From positions 81,937 to 145,936 of the forward strand of contig JAHFQW010000001.1 in NCBI GenBank assembly GCA_023259115.1: a DNA stretch of 64,000 bases, given 5' to 3'. The position numbers were made by a program, and so were the translations under genes. This stretch comes from an archaeon. Its GTDB lineage: Archaea > Nanobdellota > Nanobdellia > Woesearchaeales > GW2011-AR9. Below the pieces are notes generated by a model. That model made no database searches, was not told where the DNA came from, and saw only the letters and a list, made by a program, of their open reading frames with translations. Shown one piece after another: positions 47,117 through 57,400 of this stretch (its first letter is position 1; every line of letters starts with the position of its first letter).

Positions 47117-48055
47117 ATGAGTGTTATAAGAAAAGTGGATGGGGAGAATGGGGGGAGAAGTAAGTCTATTTTGTTTACGATTTTAATATTATTTTTGGTT
47201 TTTTTTGTGGTGATTCCACTTGCAACGAGTTTTTTATTTGATAAGAAATTATCAGGGAATATTGCAATTATTCCTATTGAGGGGGAGATTACTAGTGATG
47301 GTTCATCTTCTTATTTTGGTTCGAGTTCAGTTGGTTCAAGTCAAATTGTTGATTTTATTGAACAGGCGGATGAGAATAGTAATGTTAAAGTGATTTTGCT
47401 TGAGATAAATTCTCCGGGGGGGTCGGCGGTGGCATCAGATGAAATTGCGGCGGCGGTTAAGAGTGCGAAAAAACCGGTGGTTGCGTTAATTCGAGAAGCA
47501 GGGGCAAGCGGGGCGTATTGGATTGCGTCTGCATCGGATCATATTGTTGCAAATAGAATGTCGATTACAGGGAGTATTGGAGTGGTTGCATCTTATTTAG
47601 AGTTTAGTGGACTGATGGAGAAGTATGGGGTTGGGTATCAACGCATGGTTGCAGGTAAAGAAAAAGATTTAGGAACGCCCTATCGTAAATTAACACCAGA
47701 GGAAGAGGGGATTATGCAGAAGAAGTTAGATATATTGCATGGATATTTTATTGATGAGGTGGCGTTCAATCGCAAGTTACCTCGGGAAAAAGTGGTGGAG
47801 TTGGCGACAGGAGAATTTTATCTTGGTTCTGAGGCGTTACAGTTAGGTTTAGTTGATGAGTTGGGTGATATTCATACGGCGGAACAATATATTAATAAAA
47901 CGTATGGGACGGGTGCGCCAGAGTATGTTCGATATGAGCCAGAAAAAGGTTTTTTGCAGATGTTGACAGGGGCTGAGGCGGATTTTGCGTATCATTTTGG
48001 GCAAGGAATTGGTTCGATGTTTGTGAAGCAAGATACAGGATTGCAATTGAAGTAG
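47117..48055 (+). CDS. sppA: Signal peptide peptidase SppA (S49 family, 36K type)
   Basis: N-terminal TM segment. LEINSPGGSAVASDEI (S49 catalytic Ser region). Downstream Lys-containing block. Confidence 0.7.
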   Translation: MSVIRKVDGENGGRSKSILFTILILFLVFFVVIPLATSFLFDKKLSGNIAIIPIEGEITSDGSSSYFGSSSVGSSQIVDFIEQADENSNVKVILLEINSPGGSAVASDEIAAAVKSAKKPVVALIREAGASGAYWIASASDHIVANRMSITGSIGVVASYLEFSGLMEKYGVGYQRMVAGKEKDLGTPYRKLTPEEEGIMQKKLDILHGYFIDEVAFNRKLPREKVVELATGEFYLGSEALQLGLVDELGDIHTAEQYINKTYGTGAPEYVRYEPEKGFLQMLTGAEADFAYHFGQGIGSMFVKQDTGLQLK

Positions 48056-48140
48056 GAAGTTAAAATAAAGAAGTTAAAATAAGAAGTAGAAATAGAATGT
48101 AGAAGAATTTAGGCTGTGACTTTGTGTTTGTGTTGCTAAG

Positions 48141-51100
48141 TTGGTTGTTGAGAGCGGTTTTGCGATGAAGAAGGTGGTTTTATTATTGTTGGTACTCTTG
48201 GTTTCTTTTTCTATTGTGTATGCTGCTGATGTGCATGTTGATGCGAAGGTGCAGGAGGCGTTGGTGCATGGTTCAAATGCGTCGGTGATTGTGGTGCTCA
48301 AGCATTCTTCAAGTGCCGTGGCTGATTTAGGTTTAGAGAGTGCAGGGGCTGATGATGAGATGGTTGCTTCTGTTGGTGGTGGTGATGGTAGTAATAGATT
48401 TAGGGGTTTGAGAGGCACTCGCGTTTTAAAAGAGGTGGAATTACGTGAGGAGCGTCAAAAACAGGAAGCGAGAGTTGTAGAAGAAAATGTACTTGGGGGG
48501 TTACGAGTGCGAGAAGAGGGGATAGTGAAAAACTCGATGAATAACTCAGTGACAAATTTAGTGACAAACTCAGAGAAAAGTTTGGGGAATAGTTCAGGGT
48601 TGGATGTTGAGGATGTAGTTAGTATAGATGATTCTGTGGGTTATAATACATTTTGTACAGAATTATCTAATAAGACAATTCTGAATAGTTGTCATATCAG
48701 TAACAGAATTGTCTATAATGATACTTATGATATTGCGCTACGTACACGATATAATTTATTTAATGGATTTAGCGGTGATGTGACGGCAGAGGGATTGAAA
48801 AAATTGCAGGAAAATTCACAAGTTGAGAGTGTGTATCTGGATGAGGAGCGGCATGTGTTTTTAACGGATTCGGTGCCGCAGATTAATGCAAATAAAGTGT
48901 GGAATTTTTCGCTGAGTCATTATAATATTACAGGTGTTGGGGAAACGGTGTGTGTGGTTGATACGGGTATCAATTATAGCCATAGTGGATTAGGTGGAGG
49001 ATTAGGTATTCGAGTGATTGATGGATATGATTTTGTGAATTCAGATACAGATCCGGCAGATGATCATGGCCATGGTACGCATGTGGCAGGAATTATTGGT
49101 TCAAATGATAGTGTGTATAGAGGTGTTGCACCGGGAGTTAAATTTGTGGCGTTGAAAGCGTGTAATTCAGGTGGCTCATGTAGTGATTCTAATGTGTTGT
49201 CAAGTATTAGTTGGTGTATTGATAATTCAACTATCTATAATATCTCGGTGATTAGTATTAGTTTAGGCGGGGGTCAATATACGAGTTATTGCGACAATGA
49301 TGTGAATTCGCAGTATCATTCGTTGATTGGTCAGGCGGTAGGGAAGAATATCAGTGTGGTTATTGCAACGGGGAATACGGGAAGCACGTATACCAATAAT
49401 ACAGGAGGTATTGCGGCGCCGGCGTGTATCCAGAATGCGACACGAGTAAGTGCGGTGGATAAATCGGATGTGATGGCGAGTTATGCGTTTCGGCATTTTA
49501 ATTTTACAGATATTATTGCAGCGCCCGGGAGTTCTATTACGTCGTTATCGTATACAGGTGGAACGACGACGTTATCGGGTACATCGATGTCGACACCGCA
49601 TGTGTCAGGAGCTGTTGCGTTGATGCGGCAGTATTGGCGATTAGCATATACGCAGACGCCGTCGGTTAGTTTTGTGACAAATAAGATTCTCAAGACGGGA
49701 GTTTCTATTGATGATACGGGAAGTGGATCTACGTTGATAATTCCTCGTGTTAATATATTGGCGTTGCTACAGCCATTCATTAATTATACCACGACGAGCG
49801 TGGTAAATGGATCGGTGCGTAATGTGAATACGGCGTTGATTAACATTAGTTCAGATGTGAATTTAAGCTCTGCGTTGTTGGAGTGGCATTATAATAATGG
49901 GACGATTCGCAATATTTCGATGAGTTCTTTTAATGGTACGAGTTATTCTTTAACGCTTGGCAATTTGGCGGATGGGACGGATTTTTATGAGGTATATGGG
50001 AATGATACCGCGAATACGTTTGGGCAAATAAGTATTCGTAATATTACCGTTGATGCAACGGTGCCGGCAGTTACGGTTGTAAATCCAGCGAATGGCACAA
50101 ATATGAGTAGTGGTAGCGCAGCGTTTAATGCGACGGTTTTGGAGAAGAATATTGATAGTGTATTATTTAGTTTTGATAATGTGACGGGAAGCGGGGTGGC
50201 GTTTAATGTGACGGCAACGAATAGCAGCGGCAATTGGAATGCGAATGTGGATTTGACGCGGTTGAAGGAAGGTAGGCATGTGATGAATGTACTGGCAAAT
50301 GATACGGCAGGGAATTATAATAGGTCTTCAATTGTGCAATTTGTGGTGGATAGAACGGCGCCGAATGTGACGGTTATTATACCGTTTTCTAATCGTAATT
50401 TCACGTTGAGTTCAGGCAATCAGACGTTTAATGTTTCATTGCGGGAGAGTTTGTTAACGGTAGATTCAGTTATTTTTAGTTTTGATAATGCGAGTGGTGT
50501 GAATTTTAATGTGACGGCGCAGAATAATTCAGGGTATTGGGCTGTATCTTATAATGTGTCGAGTTTAGCTGAAGGGAGCCATACGATGACGGTGCTTGCT
50601 AATGATACGGTGGGGAATTATAATCGGACGGTAAATGTATCGTTTACGGTGGATTTTACGGTGCCAAGTGTGACGTTGAATGCGCCGAGCGCGGGAGTAG
50701 TGTTTACAATAGTATCTAGCAACCAGACGTTTAATGCAACGATTCGCGATGGTGTTAGCGGGGTGCGTGATGTGGTATTTAGTTTTGCTAATTCTACTAC
50801 GGGGTTTAATGTGACGGCGCAGAATAATTCAGGCTATTGGATTGTTTCATATAATGTTTCTACGTTGGGACATGGCAGTCATAGTATAGTGGTGTTTGCT
50901 AATGATTCAGCGGGTAATATGAATACGACAAGTTCGGTGAGTTTTACAGTGGATTTAGATACACCTCTGGCGATTTTAAATAGTCCGGTGGATTTTTTTA
51001 ATTCTTCTACGGCATTACTGGTGTTTAATTGTTCTACTTTGGATAATACCAGTTTGTTGAATGTGACGTTGTATGGAAATTGGAGCAGTGGCTGGCATGG

Positions 51101-52016
51101 GAATGTGACGACATCTATTTCGGGGAGAAATAATGAGACGACGTTTAGTCGTACACTGCTTGATGGGACATATAGGTGGAGTTGTTTAGCAGGTGATGGG
51201 CAGGGTAATGTAGGGTTTGCGAGCAGTAATTATACGATTACAGTGGATACAGTATATCCGTTGATTACGTCTGTGAGTTCGGGAAGTCCCACTTCATCTG
51301 CGGCGACAATTACGTGGACGACAAGTGAGGGGGGGAATGCGAGTGTGGATTATGGTGTAGATACGTCTTTAGGTTCGCGCAGCTCGAGTTTGACGTTTAG
51401 TACTTCGCATAGTGTGGGGTTGTCTGGCTTGACTGCTTCAACTACGTATTATTATAATGTGACGAGTTGTGATGCTTCGGGGAATTGTAATACGACTGGT
51501 ATGAATTCTTTTACGACAGCGTCTTCTGGTGGAAGTGGCAGTAGTAGTTCTTCGTCTGGTGGCGGTGGCGGAGGAGGAGGCGGGGGTGGAGGTGGTGGTG
51601 GTTCTTCGAGTAAGATTGCAGCGGCTGTTACAACAACACCTGTCAAAATTGAAACTCCTGTTGCAAAAGAACCTAGTGCGCCAGCAGCAGAGAGCGGGGG
51701 AGCTGGAGCTGCAGTGAGTGTGCTTTCAGATGGTGGAAGTAGCAGGGGAGAGAGCAAGAATGAGATAGCTGCGGCGTTAGGGCAAGATAAAGGTTCGACT
51801 AATTTGGCAGGAAATGCTGCGAGTGTGGGTCAGAGTTCTACGAGTTCACGTTTGGCGCTAGCAGGAAGGGCGTTCTTTCAGAGCGGAGTACAATTATTTA
51901 AGAATAAAGTAGTATTAGGTGTGATGGTTGTAATTGTGGGATTATTGATTATTATTTTATCTTTATTGTCCTGGAGAAGAAAGAATGAAGTGGCGAAGCA
52001 GGGGTTTGGGTTTTGA
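48141..52016 (+). CDS. Subtilisin-like serine protease (S8) with long N-glycosylation-sequon-rich Ig-like tandem repeats, poly-Gly and Thr/Pro linker and C-terminal TM anchor
   Basis: Catalytic triad blocks VCVVDTGIN (Asp), HGHGTHVAGII (His), GTSMSTPHVSGA (Ser). N-terminal signal peptide. At least 3 tandem ~85-aa repeats (FNVTAQNNSGYW...VLANDT.GNYN...FTVD). GGGGGGGGGGGGGGG tract. C-terminal hydrophobic helix plus RRKN tail. Contains the 97-nt repeat at 48623-48719. Confidence 0.8.
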   Translation: MVVESGFAMKKVVLLLLVLLVSFSIVYAADVHVDAKVQEALVHGSNASVIVVLKHSSSAVADLGLESAGADDEMVASVGGGDGSNRFRGLRGTRVLKEVELREERQKQEARVVEENVLGGLRVREEGIVKNSMNNSVTNLVTNSEKSLGNSSGLDVEDVVSIDDSVGYNTFCTELSNKTILNSCHISNRIVYNDTYDIALRTRYNLFNGFSGDVTAEGLKKLQENSQVESVYLDEERHVFLTDSVPQINANKVWNFSLSHYNITGVGETVCVVDTGINYSHSGLGGGLGIRVIDGYDFVNSDTDPADDHGHGTHVAGIIGSNDSVYRGVAPGVKFVALKACNSGGSCSDSNVLSSISWCIDNSTIYNISVISISLGGGQYTSYCDNDVNSQYHSLIGQAVGKNISVVIATGNTGSTYTNNTGGIAAPACIQNATRVSAVDKSDVMASYAFRHFNFTDIIAAPGSSITSLSYTGGTTTLSGTSMSTPHVSGAVALMRQYWRLAYTQTPSVSFVTNKILKTGVSIDDTGSGSTLIIPRVNILALLQPFINYTTTSVVNGSVRNVNTALINISSDVNLSSALLEWHYNNGTIRNISMSSFNGTSYSLTLGNLADGTDFYEVYGNDTANTFGQISIRNITVDATVPAVTVVNPANGTNMSSGSAAFNATVLEKNIDSVLFSFDNVTGSGVAFNVTATNSSGNWNANVDLTRLKEGRHVMNVLANDTAGNYNRSSIVQFVVDRTAPNVTVIIPFSNRNFTLSSGNQTFNVSLRESLLTVDSVIFSFDNASGVNFNVTAQNNSGYWAVSYNVSSLAEGSHTMTVLANDTVGNYNRTVNVSFTVDFTVPSVTLNAPSAGVVFTIVSSNQTFNATIRDGVSGVRDVVFSFANSTTGFNVTAQNNSGYWIVSYNVSTLGHGSHSIVVFANDSAGNMNTTSSVSFTVDLDTPLAILNSPVDFFNSSTALLVFNCSTLDNTSLLNVTLYGNWSSGWHGNVTTSISGRNNETTFSRTLLDGTYRWSCLAGDGQGNVGFASSNYTITVDTVYPLITSVSSGSPTSSAATITWTTSEGGNASVDYGVDTSLGSRSSSLTFSTSHSVGLSGLTASTTYYYNVTSCDASGNCNTTGMNSFTTASSGGSGSSSSSSGGGGGGGGGGGGGGGSSSKIAAAVTTTPVKIETPVAKEPSAPAAESGGAGAAVSVLSDGGSSRGESKNEIAAALGQDKGSTNLAGNAASVGQSSTSSRLALAGRAFFQSGVQLFKNKVVLGVMVVIVGLLIIILSLLSWRRKNEVAKQGFGF
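48623..48719 (+). mobile_element. 97-nt palindromic repeat element, copy B (in frame inside subtilase 48141..52016)
   Basis: See copy A. Confidence 0.6.
51556..51603 (+). repeat. GGN microsatellite encoding a poly-Gly tract inside the subtilase gene
   Basis: GGTGGCGGTGGCGGAGGAGGAGGCGGGGGTGGAGGTGGTGGTGGT encodes 15 consecutive Gly. Confidence 0.6.
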
Positions 52017-52085
52017 GTGGGAAGAGGGAAAGTTTTGGGCAGTTATGTGTAATTTTCAAAATCAATTTTAGTGAAAGGAAAAATT

Positions 52086-53015
52086 CTACTGAAGGCCCAA
52101 TAAATTTGCTGAGTTGCTATGAAATAACTTTTCTTGGAGTTCTTCATCTCTATCACAAGCTAACTTTATCATCTTTATAGAAGTTTTACGATCACCATAT
52201 GGCCAATCTGATGCAAACAAAACTCTTTCAGAGCCAAACGCATTTACTAATTCTTTTATTTTCTCTGGCGATTGAAAAGAAGTATCAACATAAGCATTAT
52301 CATATTTTGGAAGTGTCTCGATAACTTCTCTCACCTCAATTCCTCCTGCATGACCAACAATAAATCTTACATTTGGAAAATCGGCTATCAATTGTTCTGC
52401 TTGAGAAATATTTCCATTTTTTGGTTCTTGTTTACTCTTTTCTTTTCCATGATAATATGATGTAACTCCACTATGAAACAAGACAGGAAGATTATAAACT
52501 GAAAAGATTTCAATTCCTTCTCGTAATCTTCTATCAGATAAAGAAACTTTTTGTATTATTGGATGTAACTTCATTCCTTTTGCTCCTCTTTGAACTTGAT
52601 GAGCTAAAGTTTTTTCAAGATCATATTCTCGGGTGAAGTCAATCCCGGTAAAAGGAATTATTCTTTCATCATTCGCTTCTTTTATATCTTCAAAAGTAAC
52701 ATATGGAGGAATTGGTAAACAACATGTTTGAGTTACACCTGATGCATCTAATGATTTCTGCATATTCTCAACTGACGCAACGAAATTTCTTTGTCTATTG
52801 GAATATGTACCCCATTCACGAATAAGATTGTGGGGTTGTTTACCTCTATGCCTATAATGAATTAAAGCTGCATAAAAACCAGCATCAAATAAATTTCTTA
52901 ACTTAAATCCAGTATCAAAAAGATTCCTATCAGGTAAACTTTTTTCATGAATTACATGACCGCCACAATCATATAATATATCTCCTAAGTGTGTATGGAC
53001 ATCAATGATTTTCAT
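52086..53015 (-). CDS. Metal-dependent amidohydrolase family protein (TIM-barrel, amidohydrolase_2-like)
   Basis: N-terminal MKIIDVHTHLGD (HxH metal-binding start). Downstream His/Asp positions consistent with the family. Confidence 0.5.
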   Translation of the reverse strand: MKIIDVHTHLGDILYDCGGHVIHEKSLPDRNLFDTGFKLRNLFDAGFYAALIHYRHRGKQPHNLIREWGTYSNRQRNFVASVENMQKSLDASGVTQTCCLPIPPYVTFEDIKEANDERIIPFTGIDFTREYDLEKTLAHQVQRGAKGMKLHPIIQKVSLSDRRLREGIEIFSVYNLPVLFHSGVTSYYHGKEKSKQEPKNGNISQAEQLIADFPNVRFIVGHAGGIEVREVIETLPKYDNAYVDTSFQSPEKIKELVNAFGSERVLFASDWPYGDRKTSIKMIKLACDRDEELQEKLFHSNSANLLGLQ

Positions 53016-53211
53016 TTTATATTGATATTAGGTCTTCTTTAAATATTTAACTCTTAAACAAGAGTTCTCTATCGCTTATTGGCTTAACTTTAGATTTCTG
53101 AAAACTTGCTCCGCTGATGCTAGGCACCCAGATGTGAAGTCTGGAACATATAACCTCATATACATTTTCTTTTAAGGAAAATTTAAATAGATGATTTGCT
53201 AGAAGAATTTT

Positions 53212-53460
53212 ATGTCTCAACAAATTGCCATTGGCGTGGTGCACACAGTGTCAGTCGATTTGAGAAAAGCTCTGACTTCCTCTTCAGCGGTCCGAGATGC
53301 ATGGAATGGTCTTACCCCACTTGCTCGCAATGAGTGGATTTGCTGGATTACTTCTGTTAAGAAATTGGAGACACGTAGAGATCATATACACCGATTATGT
53401 AAAGATATTTTAGAGGGAAAACGCCGACCGTGTTGTTGGCCAGGTTGTCCTCATCGTTGA
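53212..53460 (+). CDS. YdeI/OmpD-associated family small protein
   Basis: ...RNEWICWITSVKKLETRRDHIHRL resembles the YdeI (PF13376) W-I..AK..ETR..RI block. Locally higher GC than neighbours. Confidence 0.4.
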   Translation: MSQQIAIGVVHTVSVDLRKALTSSSAVRDAWNGLTPLARNEWICWITSVKKLETRRDHIHRLCKDILEGKRRPCCWPGCPHR

Positions 53461-53540
53461 AATAAATGGGTTATTCAAGGTTTTCTATAAAGATGTTGAT
53501 GTGTTAATTATATCAAAACATTTAGCTGGTAATTTCAAAC

Positions 53541-53557
53541 CGTGACAAATTGTCACG
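53541..53557 (+). promoter_or_regulatory. Perfect palindrome CGTGACAAATTGTCACG about 105 nt upstream of the speH-like gene
   Basis: 8-bp arms with a 1-nt centre. Candidate transcription-factor operator. Confidence 0.3.
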
Positions 53558-53661
53558 AGTTGGGGTTCCCTCTGTTTTAAATACTTTCTTACGTTATACA
53601 ACATAGCATTTAGGCTGGCAGAACAATAGGTTTTTAAATCTCTTCCCCCTACAATACAAAT

Positions 53662-54036
53662 ATGAAAATTGTACACCACCATCTTATATATCAAGCAAAA
53701 GTTGGCAACAATGAACTTGGTGCTGATTCTGAAAAAGTGTTCGAACAATTTCTCTACAATCTTCTCGATGAAGTTAAAATGAAATGCTTAATTCCAGTAC
53801 AACTAAAATTTAGTAATCAAAAAGCATGGACGGGTATTGTTGGAATTATCACTTCACATATCGCATTTCATTTCTGGACTATAGAGAAATATGTTCAACT
53901 CGACATCTATAGTTGTAAGCCTTTCGAAAAACAAAAAGCTGTAAAATTCTTAAATAACTTTTGGAAAGCAAGTGATGTTCGAGTACTTTTTATTGATAGA
54001 GAAGTCGGGAAGAAATTTAAAATTGAAGAATTGTAG
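53662..54036 (+). CDS. speH: S-adenosylmethionine decarboxylase proenzyme (SpeH-type, class 1b pyruvoyl enzyme) or paralogous pyruvoyl arginine decarboxylase
   Basis: ITSHIAFHFWTIEKYVQLDIYSCKPF aligns with the AESHI(S/T)IHTWPE...VDVFTCG signature containing the self-cleavage Ser. ~124 aa. Confidence 0.55.
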   Translation: MKIVHHHLIYQAKVGNNELGADSEKVFEQFLYNLLDEVKMKCLIPVQLKFSNQKAWTGIVGIITSHIAFHFWTIEKYVQLDIYSCKPFEKQKAVKFLNNFWKASDVRVLFIDREVGKKFKIEEL

Positions 54037-54235
54037 ATCAGCTAGCCTAAATATTATGCAATGGGGGGATGCTGCGTGCTCGTTGTGCAAACGAGTATTC
54101 TGATTAACTATTCTACTCTCGTTTGCTCTACTGATCTACTTAACAGCAACTGTATGGCTCGCTCATTGTAGTTGCTCTCCCAAGTGCTTTAATGTTCTGC
54201 GGGACTTAAAGCACTTCGTACAGTTGCATACGTTA
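54030..54235 (+). ncRNA. Candidate structured non-coding RNA downstream of speH
   Basis: Nested long-range pairings: AGATCAG(54036)/CTGATCT(54139). CAGCAACTGTA(54150)/TACAGTTGC(54213) enclosing a perfect 11-bp hairpin AAGTGCTTTAA...TTAAAGCACTT. Plus CTCGTT-GTGCAA-ACGAG. Confidence 0.3.
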
Positions 54236-54470
54236 ACTTTTCACTTCAACATTAGGAATAGTTGGTTTTTTGTTAGGGTTAACTTTACCAAATGCTTATA
54301 AAGGTGGATAGTTTACTCTCTGTGTTAAAAAGAGTTATTAGGAAATATATTAGAAGAGTTATTAAGAGGGCTATTAAAAGAGGTATTAGAAGAGTTCTCT
54401 ATACTTTTTTATAATCTCTAAAATATAATCTCTAAAGTAATATCAACAAAAAATAATATCTAAAAAAAGA

Positions 54471-57400
54471 GTGGTGGCTATGGGAACGGGTGGACGGAAT
54501 CATCGTTTTATTATTACGGGGTTTGTGTTAGTGTTTGCGCTCTTTGCGGTGGTGCTATATCATGAGTCTACAACTTCTTCACTTGATGTGACGGGATATG
54601 TTATTTTAGAGGATGGAGTGAGAGTGAGTACGCAGAAGATGGATAGTTCTTTGGTTACAGAGATTAGAGGGGGAGATGTGACGCCTAAAGTGGTGGTGGT
54701 CTTAGATGAGAGTGCAAGTGTGAATACTGATGGTGTAGGTGGTGGGAAAAGTCAGCAAGAATTTATTGATCAATTAAAACAAAATATTGTTGTGTCGGAT
54801 TCTTCTTCTGCGAGGAGTGGTGTTGAGGATGTGAAGAAAATAAGCAGTAGTGGGAGTAGTGGGGTTGATGGCAGTTCAGATTTTGCGTTGACACATACAT
54901 TTAGTTCTGTCTCAGCGATTGCAGGGGAAGTTACAAGTGCAGATGGGTTAGTTGAGCTGACTAAAAACAAACATGTTAGAAAAATTTTGTTAGATTATCC
55001 GGTGAGTGTGAATTTGGATAAAAGTGCATTACACATTAATGCGCCTCGTGTGTGGAATGTGACGTTGAATGGCTCAAGTGTTGATGGCCGAGGGGGGGCT
55101 GTGTGTATTATTGATACGGGTGTTGATTATGCGCATGCGGCGCTAGGTGGATGTAGTGCTGCAACGATGCAGTTGAATGGGGCAGTTGAGATGCTTTCTG
55201 TACCGGTTGAGTCAAGTCATCCGTATAGTGATACTATGGATCAGACATGGGTTATACAGCGTGAAGGATTTGAACATATGGCGCTGCATTTTTCTAAGAT
55301 TGAATTAGAGCAGATATCAAGTGCGGGGGATACGACGGATAGGGTATATGTTTATGATTCACAAAATAGGACAGTTGCTGTCTACAAAGGTATTTCAAAT
55401 GATATGTGGACGCCTTCGGTTCTAGGGGATATGATGTATGTGCGTTTGGTGTCAGATGGTTCGGTGAGTGGGTATGGATTTTCTGTTGATTCTATAATTA
55501 ATGGAACGACGAATGTGACGATGGATTGGAGCGGATGTTCTAAAGTTGTGGGGGGATATGATGTGTATAATAATGATGCGAATCCTCAAGATGATCATGG
55601 CCATGGTACGCATGTGGCGGGTATTATCGGTTCAACGGATTTGACATATAGGGGGATTGCACCAGGGGCAAACATTGTGGCATTGAAGGCGATGAGTGGT
55701 TCGGGGAGCGGTTATTCGTCTGATGTGTTGGCGGCAATGGAGTGGTGTACGAAAAATAAAGAAAAGTTTGGTATTTCGGTTATTAGTATGAGTTTAGGGT
55801 GTGATGGAGGGAGTTGTCCGCATTATCAGACTTATTGTTCGGATGATATTTTAGCAAGTGCGGTTGCAGGGGCGATTGCTAAAAATATTAGTGTGGTTGT
55901 GGCGGCAGGGAATTCAGGCTGGGTGGATGGGATTTCAAGTCCGGCGTGTATCAATGGCGTGATTCCAGTTGGTGGGGTGAATAGTGCGGATGAAATTTTG
56001 TTTAACCGTGGGAAATTGTTGCGATTGCTTGCGCCAGCGCAAGGTATTACGTCGGCAAAGTTAGCAGGGGGATTTGTGGCGTTGAGTGGTACGTCGATGG
56101 CAACTCCGCATGTTGCAGGGGCAATTTTGTTGTTGCAGGATTATGCAAAACGTGTGTATGGGCGGGAATTGACATCGGCAGAGGTGAATGTGAAGTTAAT
56201 TGAGAGTGGGAAGAAGGTGTATGATAGTAGGGTGGGGTTGAATTTTTCACGTATTGATGTATTTGCGGCAATTGGTGGAGCTGAGGGTTTGAGTGGTGTT
56301 AATAAAAATGTGTCAAATAGTTCAGCGGTTATTTTGAATGAAACAGAAAGAATTGGTGATTTAAGTTTGATTGTACTCCCTGTGAATAATAGTTATGTTT
56401 CTACTCTGTTGAATGTGAGTGTTGCTGCTCGTAGTAATGTGTCGTTGTATGGGGTGTGGTATAGTGTTTCTGGAGATAATGGGAGTGTGTTGTTGAATAA
56501 TTCAATGGTGTGGGATGTGTCGGGTGCTACTAGTTCTGTTGAGAATTATACTCTTTTTGATTCTGTTGTTGTGTCTGGTTGGAGGGAGGGGAGTTATACT
56601 TTAGCAAGTTATGTGATTGATAGGGAAGGAAAAGAGGTGTTTGTGTTTTCTACTTTTAATGTGGATAGAACATTTCCTCGTGTTGGGAATGTAGATTATA
56701 TGCCTGTTTTACTATATACAAATACGAGTGCGTTGTTTACGGTTATTGTGAATGAGAGTTCTATTGATTCTACTTTGGTTAAATTGTGGTATACGGTTAA
56801 TGGGAGTGATTGGCAGAGTGGGGTTATGAGTAAGGATATGAGTGGACGAACTTGGGGAAGTGGTGCGGGAAGTGAGGTGTATACGTATTCATTGAATTTG
56901 ACGCAGTTTGCACCAAATAGTGTGTTGCAATTTTATGTTTCAGGGAGTGATTTGGCGGGTAATGTGAATACGAGTGCGATGGGGAATGTGACGATATATG
57001 AGGGGGTGAATGCGGTTGTGGTGCCGCCGGTGAATGCGGGTGCTGCTGTGCTTACTATTACGTCTCCTTTGAATGGGTCGGTTGTTGAGGTTGGCAGTGT
57101 TATTTCTTATACTGGTGTGGTTGAGAATTTGAATGTGTCACGTGTGTTTTGGAATTTTTCTAGTGGGGGGAGTGATACTGTTTTGAGTGGTGTTACGCAG
57201 TTTATAGATAATTCTGTGGGGTATAATACCTTTTGTACAGAATTATCTAATAAGACAATTCTGAATAGTTGTTATATAAGTAACAGAATTGTCTATAATA
57301 AGACGGGAATTGTTGTGATGCAAGTATGGGTGAATGCAACAGAGGGACAATTTGCAGTGAATACAACTGTTGTTGTGAATGATACAACTGCTCCAAAAAT

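Noticed and set aside
51452-51757. Minus-strand 101-aa poly-Pro ORF
   Set aside because: It is the antisense reading of the GGN microsatellite and Ala/Gly-rich linker of the subtilase gene. It is an artefact of simple-sequence repeat.
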